Of a stretch of DNA of 64,000 bases, positions 49,495 to 62,530 are shown in pieces. Each line of letters begins with the position of its first letter. The stretch's first letter is position 1. The DNA comes from Botryllus schlosseri (Eukaryota), in contig CM119371.1 in NCBI GenBank assembly GCA_051294905.1, positions 33,978,001 to 34,042,000 on the forward strand. The letters are read 5' to 3'. The notes under the pieces were generated by a model, which was given only the letters and a program-made list of their open reading frames with translations, searched no databases and was not told the DNA's origin. The position numbers and the translations under genes are program-made.

Positions 49495-50845
49495 CAGTGG
49501 TTCCCAATGTGGGCGATATCGCCCCCCAGGGGGCGATTTGGCGGTCTAGGGGGGCGAAAATAACGAAAGGGGCGATAGGGGGGCGAAAACGGACGAAGGG
49601 GGCGATAGGGGGCGAAAACAACAAAGGGGGCGATGGCGCGGTAAAACGGCTATATTGGAGTCAGGACCGTAACTGCCGCACCCCAAACCCCAATTGGGGG
49701 CCGAACTCAAAAGGGGCCCAAAATTATTTCGTGAATTAACATAAATTATGGAGTAATTTTTTAGGAATTCCTGCAACTTTTTCAGAAATTTCTCGCGCTG
49801 CGCGCGATTTCATACTGTCATGTATCTTCATTTTGTCGTACTATCGATTTTCGATAGTCGTACCCTTCCCCAACAACAAAATACGCATGGTTTATGGAAA
49901 TGGAGACTTCGGCGTCGGCCATTACTGCGCCACGACGCATCAATACATACGAAGTTATAGGTCATGTAACACGAGACTCCAAGAATTGTGCCAGAACGAT
50001 CAGCAGCGAGAAGACCTTGGCTGACCGAAAACTTGATATATATACATATATGTTTAATTGTCCATAGGCGCCTCAATGGCTGGCGTCGAATGTTCCCATT
50101 TTTACGAGCTGAACCCATCAGGACAAATGAACCCCGCAGGGAAAAAATTATATGTCACTTAAGAAATACCAATTTGAAACAATGTGTGTCTTTCAGTTTG
50201 GTACATTTTGGCGATTTCCATATCTTTTGACATAGCAGATATAGGTGGTCACGAAATAGCATCATGTAACGAATTCAATATAACAACGGGTCCGCCCGAA
50301 GATGTTTAATTATTATTTAGGGGTCCCACCTTTTCCAAGACACCACACTCAGCTCTACCGGTAAATCTGATTACGTGAGCAGAGAGAGGATAAAAATTGA
50401 TAGCAATATATATGCAATTCCTGACCATATTGACCGATTCAAACAGGAATTAAACGGTGACCCACCAAATAGTACATGAAATAGGTATAGCTGATATGTA
50501 ACGGCAAAAAGTCAACTGCTGGTTGAGGCGGGTCTGAGGTTTGGTTTATTTATCACCCTATTGGGGCCCATGACCAACGTGTTTTTAGGGGACTGACGAA
50601 GTGCTGTTACGGTCCTGATGGGAGTCAAGTTGGAGGAGTGACCTTTTTTTAGTCAACTTACGAAAATTTAGCTGTAAAAGTGTAATTTCGAGGTCGAACC
50701 GAAAAGTTGACCTTTTTTCTCATTAGTCAACTCGCCGGTGACCCCAGTTTGTGTACCCATTTTTCGGTTCCCAATATGTGGGGGTCGATGATCGGTGTGG
50801 AGCTTCAAAAGGGGGCGATGAGACGAAAAAGGTTGGGAACCACTG
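49495..50845. mobile_element. hAT MITE (GGGGGCGA subterminal repeats) with nested CAGGACCGTAA element 49662-50617
   Basis: Outer TIR CAGTGGTTCCCAA, perfect TSD GCATAGGA; inner TSD ATTGGAGT/ATGGGAGT. Confidence 0.9.
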
Positions 50846-52816
50846 GCATAGGATTTCATTTCGCGTATGAGGTACGGTCTATTTCACAAGATTCAGTCAA
50901 ATGATTTGATATTCCCAAGAGGTCCGAAATCTGGCAAAATGAAATAAAAACCGAAAAAAGTACTTATATTATTCTTTATTTACACTAAAACTGGTAAATA
51001 CAAAGATAATTCGGCGAGCAAATCTGACCCTAAGGAAAATATCGAGATTGAAGCAAACTTTGGAAATTTCAGTAATCAAGTCAAATTGTTATTCCTATGC
51101 AATACACGAAGAAGTGAGATTACAGAATCGCGATGGATAAAGAATTGGCAAGGGTTGCAGAGGTAGAGATGATGGAAGATGAAGAGTCGAAATTACACGG
51201 ATATCATGCTGTGATTTGCGAGTTTAAGTGTCCAATAGATTAAAACAGTGAGTAGAGTGGTCCTTATCGCGCTAAAGGCCACGGACAGGGATAAGTTAAC
51301 ACTAGAGGACATTCATAATATATCAATATCACGAAAATAACACACCAAATGTAGGCTATATATAAACTGCATGAGTATTTTTATAAAATAATTCTTCCCA
51401 TCGATCTAACTTCTAACATATTCTACTACATGTTGCAATATTTGTGGTTCGTGGACAAATTCTTCCGCTGGTGATATTGTGAACATCGTAAGCTTTGCTA
51501 TCAAGGGCAGTTCAATGTCTATCATGGCCTATTCAGCATATGGGCTGCAGTCTGCACCGGTTGACCTTTCTTGCGTTCATTTCCTAAACACGACAATCGT
51601 ACAGAAATACTAGCCGTGTTCTGTTTACACATCAGGTATCATAATGATGTGATCGATTTATAGCCCGTGTTATTTTTGTGATTATCCAGTAAACAGCCGA
51701 GGCATACAAATCCTCACAGGAATTTTCATCTCTACGAACTCACGAGATTACTTATTCTCCCGGAAATCATATGCAATTCTCTTCGGTGCAGCAATGCTGG
51801 CCACACTCGATCCTATTTCATTTAATGACCGGGAAATGATGATTGCAAATTATGTTGATACCAAGCTCGGCCTGAAGCTAAGTTACGAACAACAATTCAC
51901 TGTCGCGGATGACCCACAAAGTAGCAGATGCTGCTGCTAGCTTGTTTATATTTATCTCTGCAAAAGTGCGGTAAGCAACGTTTGGAATGAATCAGTCCCA
52001 TATCGCATTACCTTAAACTCCGTATAATGGACGGCTTTATTCTTAGTGGCTTTCGATTGACGTTATGGTGTCGCGACAGGAATTCCTGCCTTGGAATACA
52101 ACCGCAGGAACAGACCTCTAATTACAAAATGCAAATTCCAATGCCAGTGATTGCTTGTTTTCTAGAATAAGATCACATTCCGGTGATCTTATTGTTTTTG
52201 CGAAAGTAGCTATTAATCTTGAAAAACGGCTTGACGACTTCGAATACGTCCCGTCACATCACCTCTTTGCGATTATGAGCGCAGGACCGTGGCTAGGATT
52301 AGACATTTATGGGAGTCCGAAGGATTTCTCAGCAATAACTGATGCAATGTGAGGATAAACTATCCTAATGAGAAGGCAAGAACTGAATTGGTATATGCCG
52401 CGATTTGTGAATATAGCAATGCGGATGCTGCCAGTGGGAATTTTCGCATGGCTTATTCGTTGCATGGTATAGTCTGTGATTGGTATTTCTGACGAGTCGC
52501 AACTTCGATTCTAAGTGAAATCTGGAAAAGTGTGAAGATATAAATAATGCTAGTATGTTACCAAGATGGTTATTATCATGGCTGCAGCCGATTACGAGTC
52601 TAGTATTAATAACGCAGTGTAGTCGAGTAATCGAGTACCGCCTATGACACCCTAAAAAATCGCTGGAAAGTGCAAAATTGAATCTTTCAACCGGCCACAA
52701 GGAAAATAATGCCGGTTACAAGGTCATGATAAATTATACTGTACTTCTTGACAACAGCCAACCGAAGTTTCAAGTCTCCCACAGTGAGGTGAACTTATCG
52801 AAACGATATTTTACAT

Positions 52817-54320
52817 CAGGGGTGTCAAACTCAAACTGCGTCGCGGGCCGATTCAAGCCTTCAAATCATTCGCGGGCCAGACCGACCCACTGATTCCCAA
52901 ATGTTACCTCGGGATCTTGCTTTTCACTAGATTGAAAGCATGTATACATAGTAATACACGGATCATAGGGTTTTAAACAGGGCCGGCCAACCCGTGGCCC
53001 GCGGACCACATCTGGCCCGCGAGAAGGTTTTCAGTGGCCCGCGAGGTAATTTCCGAAATTTCTAATATCATCAAAAATGGATTGCACAGATTGTAAACTT
53101 GCAAGGCCAACCAAAAATTTGATTAGTCTGGCCGCAACATTTGAGATGTGATGACTGAAATATAAGTTCCGAAGCATTGACAGATCCATCAGCCATTCAG
53201 ATATTGGTAGATATACACTACAATAAAGCAGAATAAGTTGCGATAAATTTATCAAAGTTCAAATTTTTCTACAAGCTTAGCGCAATATGTTGTCACTCGA
53301 TTTCTTGTTTTTAATATTGTTGATCTTTTGCTAAAATGGAAGAAGACCTAAGGTATCAGATTGAGTCTAACTATATTCGCGATTACGAGACAAAGTGTCG
53401 TTCAACATATGCGACTTCGCGTTAGCGCTCGCAGTAAGACAGCTCTCGATATCGATATGTCCATGCGCCGAATAGTCCAGTCCTCGCAAACTTAGCCCAG
53501 CGATATACAGCAGGTCCATAACATAGTCAAGTGACAATATTATTGACCTATGAACTTCAGAAAATTTTCGCGCTTCGCGCGGATGATTGCCCGCGCAAAT
53601 GTTCGTCAATCGAATGTGGCCCTTTGGCTAAAAAGGTTGACCAGCCCTGGTTTTAAAAGTAGCAAGTTGCAATACCTTTAATCGCGAACAATTGAGTTGG
53701 CAAAAATACGATGATTGCATGGTTGAATACAGTTAAGAACCGCTAAAACAGTGGCGGTAACGACGATGTAAGTTGGCATATCCTATGCTCCCTATGATTT
53801 AGTCCTAATCTGGCGTTAGCCCGGCATATGCGGTTGTCACGAATCAAGACATTTAATTGAAAACGCAGACATTGGAATTTGGTTTAATCCGCGATTCCGG
53901 GTTCTCTCGTGTCTGGAGATATTTTGGGTCGAAAGTCATACAGCAGTGCGACCATAGATATTTCTATTATATATTTGTGCAACTAATATATTTCCCATGT
54001 AGACTGCATATAACGGTTCCGCATTGGCGGTTTCGCTTCTGTGAATAACTACTTTTTGGTCCATATTTGTATAAAACTCTGAACGTAGTCTGCACTTTTT
54101 GCCTTCTTGAAATTCCGTCGGTTTCACCAACTTGTTACTAGTGGAAACTAGAGTCAAACACAGAACGCTAGTCGGGTGGTTACAATGGGTCTTATGAACA
54201 TTAAAGTTTCTCAACATTTTTTACAAATGTGCCGGAAAATATAAGAATCTTACAATCTACTCAGAATTGCTTCGCGGGCCGGATGAAATCCTCTGACGGG
54301 CCGTATGTTTTACACCCCTG
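52817..54320. mobile_element. hAT MITE with nested MITE 52978-53649
   Basis: Outer CAGGGGTGTCAAAC...TTTACACCCCTG, TSD TTTTACAT. Inner CAGGGCCGGCCAACC...GGTTGACCAGCCCTG, TSD GTTTTAAA. Confidence 0.9.
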
Positions 54321-54348
54321 TTTTACATAGATAAAACAGCACCAAGTG

Positions 54349-54919
54349 CAGAGGCGGGAAAAATACGGCTCCCGGGCCGGATCCGTGCACGACGGGATTT
54401 TGAGCGGAGAGTTCGTACCCTGAAAGTGAAATTCTAATCTGAAAATATTGCAGAATTTTATGCGTCACAGAATGAATCCAAGTTTGCCAACCTGAGAAAG
54501 ATGGTCGTGAATACTTGCTCTGTTCGAGTCTATATGCATTTGCGAGCAAACATTTATGACCGTGTGCATTAATAATTAGGCAAGGCTGCGTTACAATATA
54601 TCTGATGCTCACGTGAAGTGTTTTCTAAAGGGTTCATATACATCCGACATGCATTCAGGGTTCCAAAAACTTGTTGACAACTTTGATCGGGCACAGATGT
54701 CTGATTGACCTTAACAGCTATTGAAGTACATTAGGTTATTAAATTCATAATACTGTTTTTGTTTCTATGCTTTAAACTTAAGGTTTAAACTAAATACGAT
54801 CTATTCCACGTATATAGGTGGATAGATACGCGATTAATGTATCGATTCTGTCATCCGTCCCGACAATTACTTCATTTACCCATATCAGGCCCGCAGCCCG
54901 AAGAAGTTGACCGCCCCTG
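54349..54919. mobile_element. Degenerate hAT MITE
   Basis: CAGAGGCGGG...CCGCCCCTG; TSD ACCAAGTG/GCCTAGTG. Confidence 0.6.
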
Positions 54920-55969
54920 GCCTAGTGTAAAAAGCTAATATTTTCGTTACTCGAAAGAATTTAATTTCACTATAGTTGACTCAAACCATTATAATTGACA
55001 CTCGACGCGGATTCAAGTCCTCGAATAGTTGTGCTCAGCCCCGGGGCTGGCTAGTAGAAGGTTTCATGCTCCCTACCAGCATTACAGTCGCCCTCTCTAA
55101 ATATTAATTCAAGTGCTTCTGACGACATGAAACCATATAGCAACCCGTCTTGCTCGTAATTAAATTCTTCAAGATGAAATGGAGCACCTGACTCTCAATC
55201 GCCCGGGGCATGGTTCATGTCTTCGGGGACATGCCTCCAGGTGTCTCGAGTCGAGTCTACAGCGGTACACGTATTAATATACCTGGAAAACGTTTGTTCA
55301 TGTGCATTCAGCATATGTAGTACGCAAATGAAGAGTGCGGAGATAATTCTTGTCAATAAGCGCATTAGTATGTATGGAGACTTTGTACGTGTTGCTTTGT
55401 TTGGTGTGCATCGCAATGATAGTCAGAGCAGTGCATTTGTTTCTTTTCCAAGTATCCTGGAACACCAGATGTTAATCTGGCCAACCATCCGCAAACTTTT
55501 ATAACTAGATGCGTGGATATGCAATCTTACGCTAGTTTTTCCAATCCTATAACCGCGCAGACACGATAGGTAGATCCTCCTTACTGCTGTTGAGGCAATC
55601 GATCGTATAATGTCGCGGGTGAATCTATTTTCGACTCATTGCCTATTGCAACGTGTTTAGAAGGTTACCACGTTGTTTGTGATGTCAATAAAATGAAGTT
55701 TCGTGAGGCGACTTGATAACAGTTATTATTTATTGCTGTTTGTCGTAGAATTCGGTATGTACTTGACTATGGTATATAGCTTATTTTCCAGACATCTCGT
55801 ATCATATTTGTATATGTCGGGAAAATATTCGTACTTACGGCGGATCAGGCGGGCCAGATGTCCATCGCTAAACTTCGACGATTTTAAAGCTATTCTATAC
55901 AATGCTGAGTGTTTGAAAAATACTTCCCCAAAATGATAACTGGCACACCCCACATTGAGTGCGCTCCTT

Positions 55970-56145
55970 TATTTGTGGTATTCACGGTGTTTGGCAACTA
56001 TAATGGTCATTTACAATTGGCCGATTCTTTTTGTTTTGATTCCGTCGCTGCCGACTTGTAGCACGGCCCACTTCCAGGCTTTTTTAAGACACCGCTTACA
56101 CGGATGAGATGACGAGGAGGAGCCTACTTAAACCTCCGACACTTG
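55970..56145 (-). mobile_element. tRNA-derived SINE body (5'-truncated)
   Basis: Reverse complement of about 10635-10810 (gtagcacggcccac, aagacaccgct, aaacctccgacactt). Confidence 0.8.
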
Positions 56146-56322
56146 TGAGGACTCCGAGCGATAAAAATGTTTTAATATTTAGGACAACTCACAGGAAATG
56201 AAGTTTTGCGGTTAATTGTGGTCACATTGGAATCCGTAAATTTAGAAATATTTACTGAAGAAAATGTAAACAAACAATATTTTATATCTTTATATGTGCG
56301 CATTTCAGACCTGCATAAAGTC

Positions 56323-56551
56323 ATGCGCATAAGGCTTATAAAAGCCCATTTGACGCAAATCACGCTATGCGGTGGTGTGATATATATGGTAATATTCCTT
56401 ATGAGCAGAAGCAAAGGTCAGGAACCATCTATAGCGAAAAGATACGCGGCAGATGTACGAAAATTTGAAAGCCAAGGACAGACTAAACAACGATCGAAAG
56501 GATTAACATTCGAGAAGTTTCGAAGTGAGAATGAAGCCACCGGAACATCGG
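56323..56551 (+). CDS. GT32 paralog C first coding exon (signal anchor)
   Basis: Acceptor tttcag at 56308; MRIRLIKAHLTQITLCGGVIYMVIFLMSRS...ATGTS|gtaagg, phase 1. Confidence 0.78.
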
Positions 56552-56692
56552 GTAAGGGAGAGTTCTATTCGTTAATTAATGGTGCATTACATGAGACAAA
56601 CCTTAAGTTGCAAAATAAGTGACATTGATATGACTATGAGGTCACCTAGCATAATACACTAGCAACATCTATACATATTTCTGCATTTTTAG

Positions 56693-57721
56693 ACTTTGGA
56701 AACGGGAAAGATGAAAAGATGATTGGCGACATATCATCCCAATTCGGACACAATCAGATATTTGCTGATAACAAAAAACCAAGGACGATAGAAGCGATGA
56801 AGACGTTAATGCAGAACCTCAAAGGAGTTTCCACTAATAATGATAAGAACATACCTGTTGCGCTGAGACAGCTTCTATCCAGGGCACTTCGACAACCAAC
56901 CAGTTCAGATACTCAAACATCTTCTTCACTGTATTCCGACTTTGATGGTGACTCGAATAAAATTCTGACGATGTTGCTCAATGCCTTTCCAACGTTGAAA
57001 GGGAACATTCCAGCACAAGACATCATAATGCAAAAACTCATGGCGTCCAGTCCAAAACTACTGGATACCTTGAAACTGTTGCGAAAGAGAAGCAAAGTAC
57101 CTAAAAATCTTCAAGATACGCCATCTGAAGATCTCATCAGGCTTTTGGACAATCACCACAAGGCAAGCGAGTCTCAGAACAACTTTCACCAGACAGCTAC
57201 AGGTACGTACGATACTGACTCCAATACTGTTACAAAGGCTAGGAACAGTCAAAATATCAACAGTGACGTAATACAGCCGTTGATACAATCGACCGAGCCG
57301 TCAACCACAGACATCGAAACGACTAAAGACACACCCAACAGTTATTTAAATTCAGACCTTGATAGCGGGAATATATCTGAACTGCAATCAAAAGATTTTG
57401 AATTATATGAACGAGGAGGTATAAACGTACACGAGTTGATAATGTTCAGAAATTTACTGAAGAATGGCATCACACTGCAAGAGATCAAAGAAAAATATCA
57501 TTTAGATTCGCCACAAATCGTGGGTTGGAATCTTTCCAGTGGCAATGTCGGCGGTAAAGATAAATCCAATGATTTAATTTACCATGCAATCGATGACGAT
57601 CAATCCAATCCAGACATGGATGTGAATCTGTCTAAAGAGAAACTTTCAAGAAATATGGACACTTTGAATTTCCCAGATGATCGGTCCATACCGGAAGGCG
57701 GGGAAGTTAGAAAGAGTTATG
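56693..57721 (+). CDS. GT32 paralog C large S/T/N/D-rich stem exon
   Basis: ttttag| 1029-nt open frame (ORF 56719-57747) ending TATG|gtagga, phase 1 to 1. Confidence 0.8.
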
Positions 57722-58389
57722 GTAGGATATATACCAGAATAAAATGATCAGGATTTCATTCTGATGTATTTCTAGCGAAATTCCAGAAGGTTAGGGGTTA
57801 TTGTGGTGCCGATTGTTGACACATTCTAATTGGTATCTTGTGACCACGACAATATGCTTTTATCGCTTAACAGGTGTCACAAAAGACTGCGATTGAACAT
57901 CTTTAGGCCTTAAAACACGAAGGTTCGAATCACAGCCAATTCGAATTGAATTACTACTTTCATATATTTTCAGCTGAAATAAAATGCCCGTGTCTTAAAT
58001 GAGCGCGGACAATACACACATTATTGCAATAATTGTATATTTTAAGTTAACGCAACGTATGTCATTGCCCTATATGCCTGAATGCACTGCTGCTACAGGT
58101 TTACCCGGACTTTAAGGCAAGGTAACAGGGCTGCTCGGAAGTGTCAAAATCCCTTTGAAAAATGAGGAATCACAAAATTGGCTTTCGCGCCATATCATCA
58201 TTCCTGTTGAATCGATACGAATCATTTTATTCTATTATCGAAACACCAGATGCGATCCGAAAAGCCGCATTCCAATATGGCGACATCAAAATAACTTGAA
58301 TCTATTTTAAATCGGTGACTCAAATTGCCTGCTCGTACCTGCGATATTCTTGTAAACCCGCGAAAGAATAGTTAAGACATGTCATTAAC

Positions 58390-58787
58390 TAGGGTTACCA
58401 TACATCCTCTTTTAAGAAGATTGTCCTCTTTTTTGACTTTTTTGAAAGCGTCCTCGGAGAACGCCGTTCTGTCCTCTTTTTGGAGAATATTGGTCAAATT
58501 CGCGGCCAAATTCGACTGATATGTCGTAAATCAGCCCCAAAGTACGCTCCGGTGGGTATTTGGGTATTTTGGGAGCTGAGCAGGAAAGTTGACCTTTTTT
58601 TTAGTCAATCACCTGATAAAATGAAAGTAAAGCTGTATTTTGGGCACTGACCGAGAATTTTGACCTTTTTTTTTAGTCAACCGACCACGATGTGGGAAAA
58701 AAATTTACATATTTTCAGGATTTTCCTCCAGTTTTGAAATTTTGAAAAAGTGTCCTCTTTTCAGATTTCCAAAATATGGTAGCCCTA
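58390..58787. mobile_element. hAT-like MITE (TAGGGTTACCATA termini)
   Basis: TIR TAGGGTTACCATA...TATGGTAGCCCTA; TGTCCTCTTTT subterminal repeats. Confidence 0.8.
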
Positions 58788-58838
58788 CGTTAACCCGATC
58801 GATTCGAGTTGGCTCTTTAATATGTTTACTTGTTTCAG

Positions 58839-58902
58839 CCCTAAAAGTTAACAGCGAAAACAAACGCAGAGATGTAACTGGAGAAGAAATTATGAAATCG
58901 AA
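58839..58902 (+). CDS. GT32 paralog C small exon
   Basis: tttcag|ALKVNSENKRRDVTGEEIMKS|gtaagt, phase 1 to 2, exactly bridging the flanking exons. Confidence 0.7.
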
Positions 58903-59364
58903 GTAAGTTTCATCAATTAAACTTCGAATCAATGATGTTACTACATACGATGGTGGCAGCCTTTTTTGATTGTTACGAAGAATCGTGTGCTTTCCAAAGG
59001 TAGATAGTTATTATACTTCAACTGTTAATTAACTGTTGTAAGGCAAAATTGCACACATTTTACACTTTGGATTCTCGATTTTGCAATCAAAGTTTCAGGA
59101 TTTGAAAAATGTGTTCCCTCCCTTCCCCGAGTGTGTTTGTGTGCGAGGAAGGGCAGTGCCCCACCAGCCATGAACTTCATCGCACGTCACTGAACAATTT
59201 ATAGTGTTATTACTTGTTTTGCATTAGTCGCGAAGATGCATCGTGCAATTACGATAGACCTTCGATCTCTTACTAAAAGTACGCAACGTATCGACTAAAT
59301 CTGCATGTTGACACAACCTATGCTGGAACACTTCTTCATACCCTCATTTTCTATTACATATTGA

Positions 59365-59904
59365 CTGGGTTGTAACCAAGTCACAAGGCTCCGAGTCACA
59401 ATTCAATCTCACTTTTATAGTTTTGACCGAAGTCAAGTCGAGTCATTTTCAATTCACCACCGAATCAAGTCCGAGTCTAAGTCAGGGAGCCAAGGGTCAA
59501 GTCCGAGTCATGGTATTATGACTCGAGTCCGACTTCAAGTCTTTGTGTTGACTGCTTAGTTCCCAATTAAAGTCTTGTTAAATCCCCTTTTTATAACTCT
59601 GTTAGGTTCCATGGAATGTTTCGCCTTTATAATATACTAGGATTCCTCACTTTTAGCAGTTTTTGATCGCATTTACAAGTACCAGATACCAATAGACGAA
59701 AGTTGTGTTGTTACTTTACTATTCTTCGGAATTACGATGAAATGTCGGCCTCGGCCGACTGAGTCTCGAGTCATATGACTTGGTTCGCGTCATGCGCAAT
59801 GACTCGAGACCAAGTTGAGTCAATACACAGATTGACTAGATTCGAGTCAAGTTGAGTCATCAGATAATCTTGACGCGATTCGGACTCGAGCCATTACAAC
59901 CCTG
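59365..59904 (+). mobile_element. Uninterrupted GACTCGAGTC-rich MITE
   Basis: TIR CTGGGTTGTAA...TTACAACCCTG; degenerate TSD CATATTGA/CCTCTTGA; relatives at 11.8-13.4, 27.6-29.3 and 40.7-41.2 kb. Confidence 0.8.
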
Positions 59905-60071
59905 CCTCTTGAAGTAGTTTTGACGGGTATTTCAAATCTATATTTATATTTATAATCGAAGAGAAATTTACAGTGCAGGCTAGCGTCTACTTCTATCTGA
60001 GTTACAGACTATGACTAATATGACCACCTCGTATGTTTTCACGGCTAATCCCGGGTTAATATGTATTCAAG

Positions 60072-60351
60072 TCCTGGCTCTTCTACTGGAAAAGACTTCC
60101 TTTACATGAGCTCTCAAGAGTACGACGGGTTGATTGAGGCGCGACGAGAAGGCGTCACGAGGATACCGGATCTTGACTTCAGCAAGATTTGGATAGCAGT
60201 CGTGGAGAGCGACCCGACTGGCATGGTTGAGAACGTCACTAAACTTCTGAACGTCGAGCAATACCGAAAATGGAAAGCGGAGAGATTTATCAAGACGTTT
60301 GCGAATCCAGCTCCGAAGAGTATGATAAGTCCAACTTTGATGCCTTACGGG
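60072..60351 (+). CDS. GT32 paralog C stem exon
   Basis: ttcaag|PGSSTGKDFLYMSSQEYDGLIEARREG...QYRKWKAERFIKTFANPAPKSMISPTLMPYG|gtaagt. Homologous to 25988-26382; acceptor inferred from phase and upstream in-frame stops. Confidence 0.8.
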
Positions 60352-60823
60352 GTAAGTTCAGAGGTGAGGGAAGAATAGTCAACAACGTTACTTAAGTATA
60401 CGTTGAAGTAGTCTAATACCGATTATTTCTACTCAATTACGAATAGCACTAGCGCTAACCACGATATTTTAAAAGTGCTCCAAGTAGAATCAGGGAGCGG
60501 GAGGTCTGAAATGATGTAGTTTGAATATGTAGGTTTGTTTGAAGCGTGGCACACTTCTGTAGTCAGTCGCACGTGGCAGCTTTCAAAATTGAAATATGCA
60601 TTATCGCACCTAACCCGGAATGACTGGTGACAATACAAAATAGATGCACATTTCCAATATATATTCATTTCACTTTGTCATGGGCTATTTCGAACGTTCA
60701 TCATGCCGATTTAAAGAATGCAAATCTTTGACAAACTACGCTCTAGTTTACAAAATGTATTGTTACTAGTAAATAGTGTCACTTCAAATGCGTTGAGTAT
60801 ATAAAAGTGGAAATATTCTAAAA

Positions 60824-61924
60824 CAGTGGTTCCCAACCTGTGGTACGCGTACCACTAGTGGTACGCGAGGGTCTTCCAGGTGGTACGCGAGTACATTCTG
60901 TTTTTTTTTTCGACCGAAGGAAGTTATTACTTCAGTTGGGTTGATTTTGAATTTTTTGATTTTTTTGACTAGTGGTGAAAAAACATTTCCATGCATCTCA
61001 TCAACCCGAGCTGATAATGCCTAGTTTAATAGAATTTGTTATTACTAGGGCGATTTTGGTTTATAAAATTGAGCGTTTAGTCATAAAGTTGTCAATTGTT
61101 TACAAAGTCAAAATTTTTTGGACCCCTCCATTTCGTTTGTATCGTAGTTTTGATATTTTCCAGCTTGTAGCCCACTTTATAGGCCTACCATTGTAGGCGG
61201 GCCATTGTCTGCTCATCGTGGATCATAAACTGTTAAACGAAACAAATAGGTTGACAATTGATATGGTGTTGTGCTCAACGTACCGCGATATCCCAACTGA
61301 AGCAAGACTGCTTGACATTGCATGGTTATTTTATCAAGAAGCGCACGATGAAAAATTGTGATGCATGACAACATTGACAGTATGAAGCAACATTTTGTGT
61401 CGCCAGGAGTGAACGCACAGCTTCAGTGTTGCCAGCCAACAACTACTGCTGTTAAATGGTATTTCTCCATTCTAGGCAAGCAATTTAGTAAGGACAAACA
61501 CTTTCTACCCGAGAATGTAAGAAAATATACTACGTGGTGTAACTACTGGGCCAGATATCGTCAAAATAACGTTTTTTCATGTCAAAATTTGTCAGTGTTT
61601 AGGTCAAAAACGCTTTTTCGTAAGGACAGACAGTCCCACTCCCTACCAGAAATGAATATAACATTATGTGCGAAAACACCTAATTTGCGTATATGATGTC
61701 AAAAATTGGTCAAAATCAGGTTTTTTAGGTCAAAATCCTCCGATTTTTATGTAAAAAATCGCCATAGTTATTACACCTCACATAGCCTAAATACGTGAGT
61801 ATGATGTCATAAACGGTGAAAACATTTTGACCGCCTACGGCGTGCGTAAATTATATAGGTGGTACGCGAGCACCGCATAAAACCTCGAAGTGGTACGTGG
61901 TTGGAAAAAGGTTGGGAACCACTG
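60824..61924. mobile_element. hAT Charlie/Buster-type element, inverted relative of 6506-7679
   Basis: TIR CAGTGGTTCCCAACC; perfect TSD TTCTAAAA; GGTACGCGTACCACTAGTGGTACGCG palindrome shared with 7637-7662. Confidence 0.92.
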
Positions 61925-62054
61925 TTCTAAAACGATATCCACTTTGGTAAGCATAAGCAGTACATGTAGCCTACGTAAATCCCCGGAAACTCCAGAAGAA
62001 TCTCCTTACCAAACAGATTAGTTAGTGGTCGTTAAGTCATTATTTCATTGGCAG

Positions 62055-62189
62055 GATTACATCGCGCGACCGAACCCGTTGTCTGTCATAACGGATGTCA
62101 CCATGACTGTGCAGCATGCAGAGATACAGAAGGCATTGATCGAAGATAAGAAAAGAAGGCTTGCGTTGGGAGACGACGACCTCCTTCAG
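62055..62189 (+). CDS. GT32 paralog C exon (gene presumably continues beyond the window)
   Basis: tggcag|DYIARPNPLSVITDVTMTVQHAEIQKALIEDKKRRLALGDDDLLQ|gttggt. Homologous to 30861-30998. Confidence 0.8.
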
Positions 62190-62530
62190 GTTGGTATGTG
62201 CATATTTGTGAGTGTATTTAGGGTGGGTGATGAAGAAAAAGGTTATTGGCAGATGCAATCACTACGGGGATAGGCACGACATTATAGTAACACTTGGTTT
62301 CCAGTATAATCAGTCGCCTGAGACACTGCTATACATCCGAATTAGATGCTGTGCAATAGTTGATGTGATATTCACCCCGGATGATTGTTAGAGATGGCAA
62401 CTAATAAATGGAAAATAAACATATTTGGGATGTCTCTTTCTCAGTTTGTTACGAAATTCTTCCACGTCGTGGCGTATATTGACAATGACGATGTGAATTG
62501 GAAGCGTGGCTCAATGTGTACACTGTACAG

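Noticed and set aside
55030..55056. Helitron 3' end (CAGCCCCGGGGCTG palindrome followed by CTAG)
   Set aside because: The palindrome abuts the CTAG without the usual spacing, there is no second copy, and no 5' end is identifiable.
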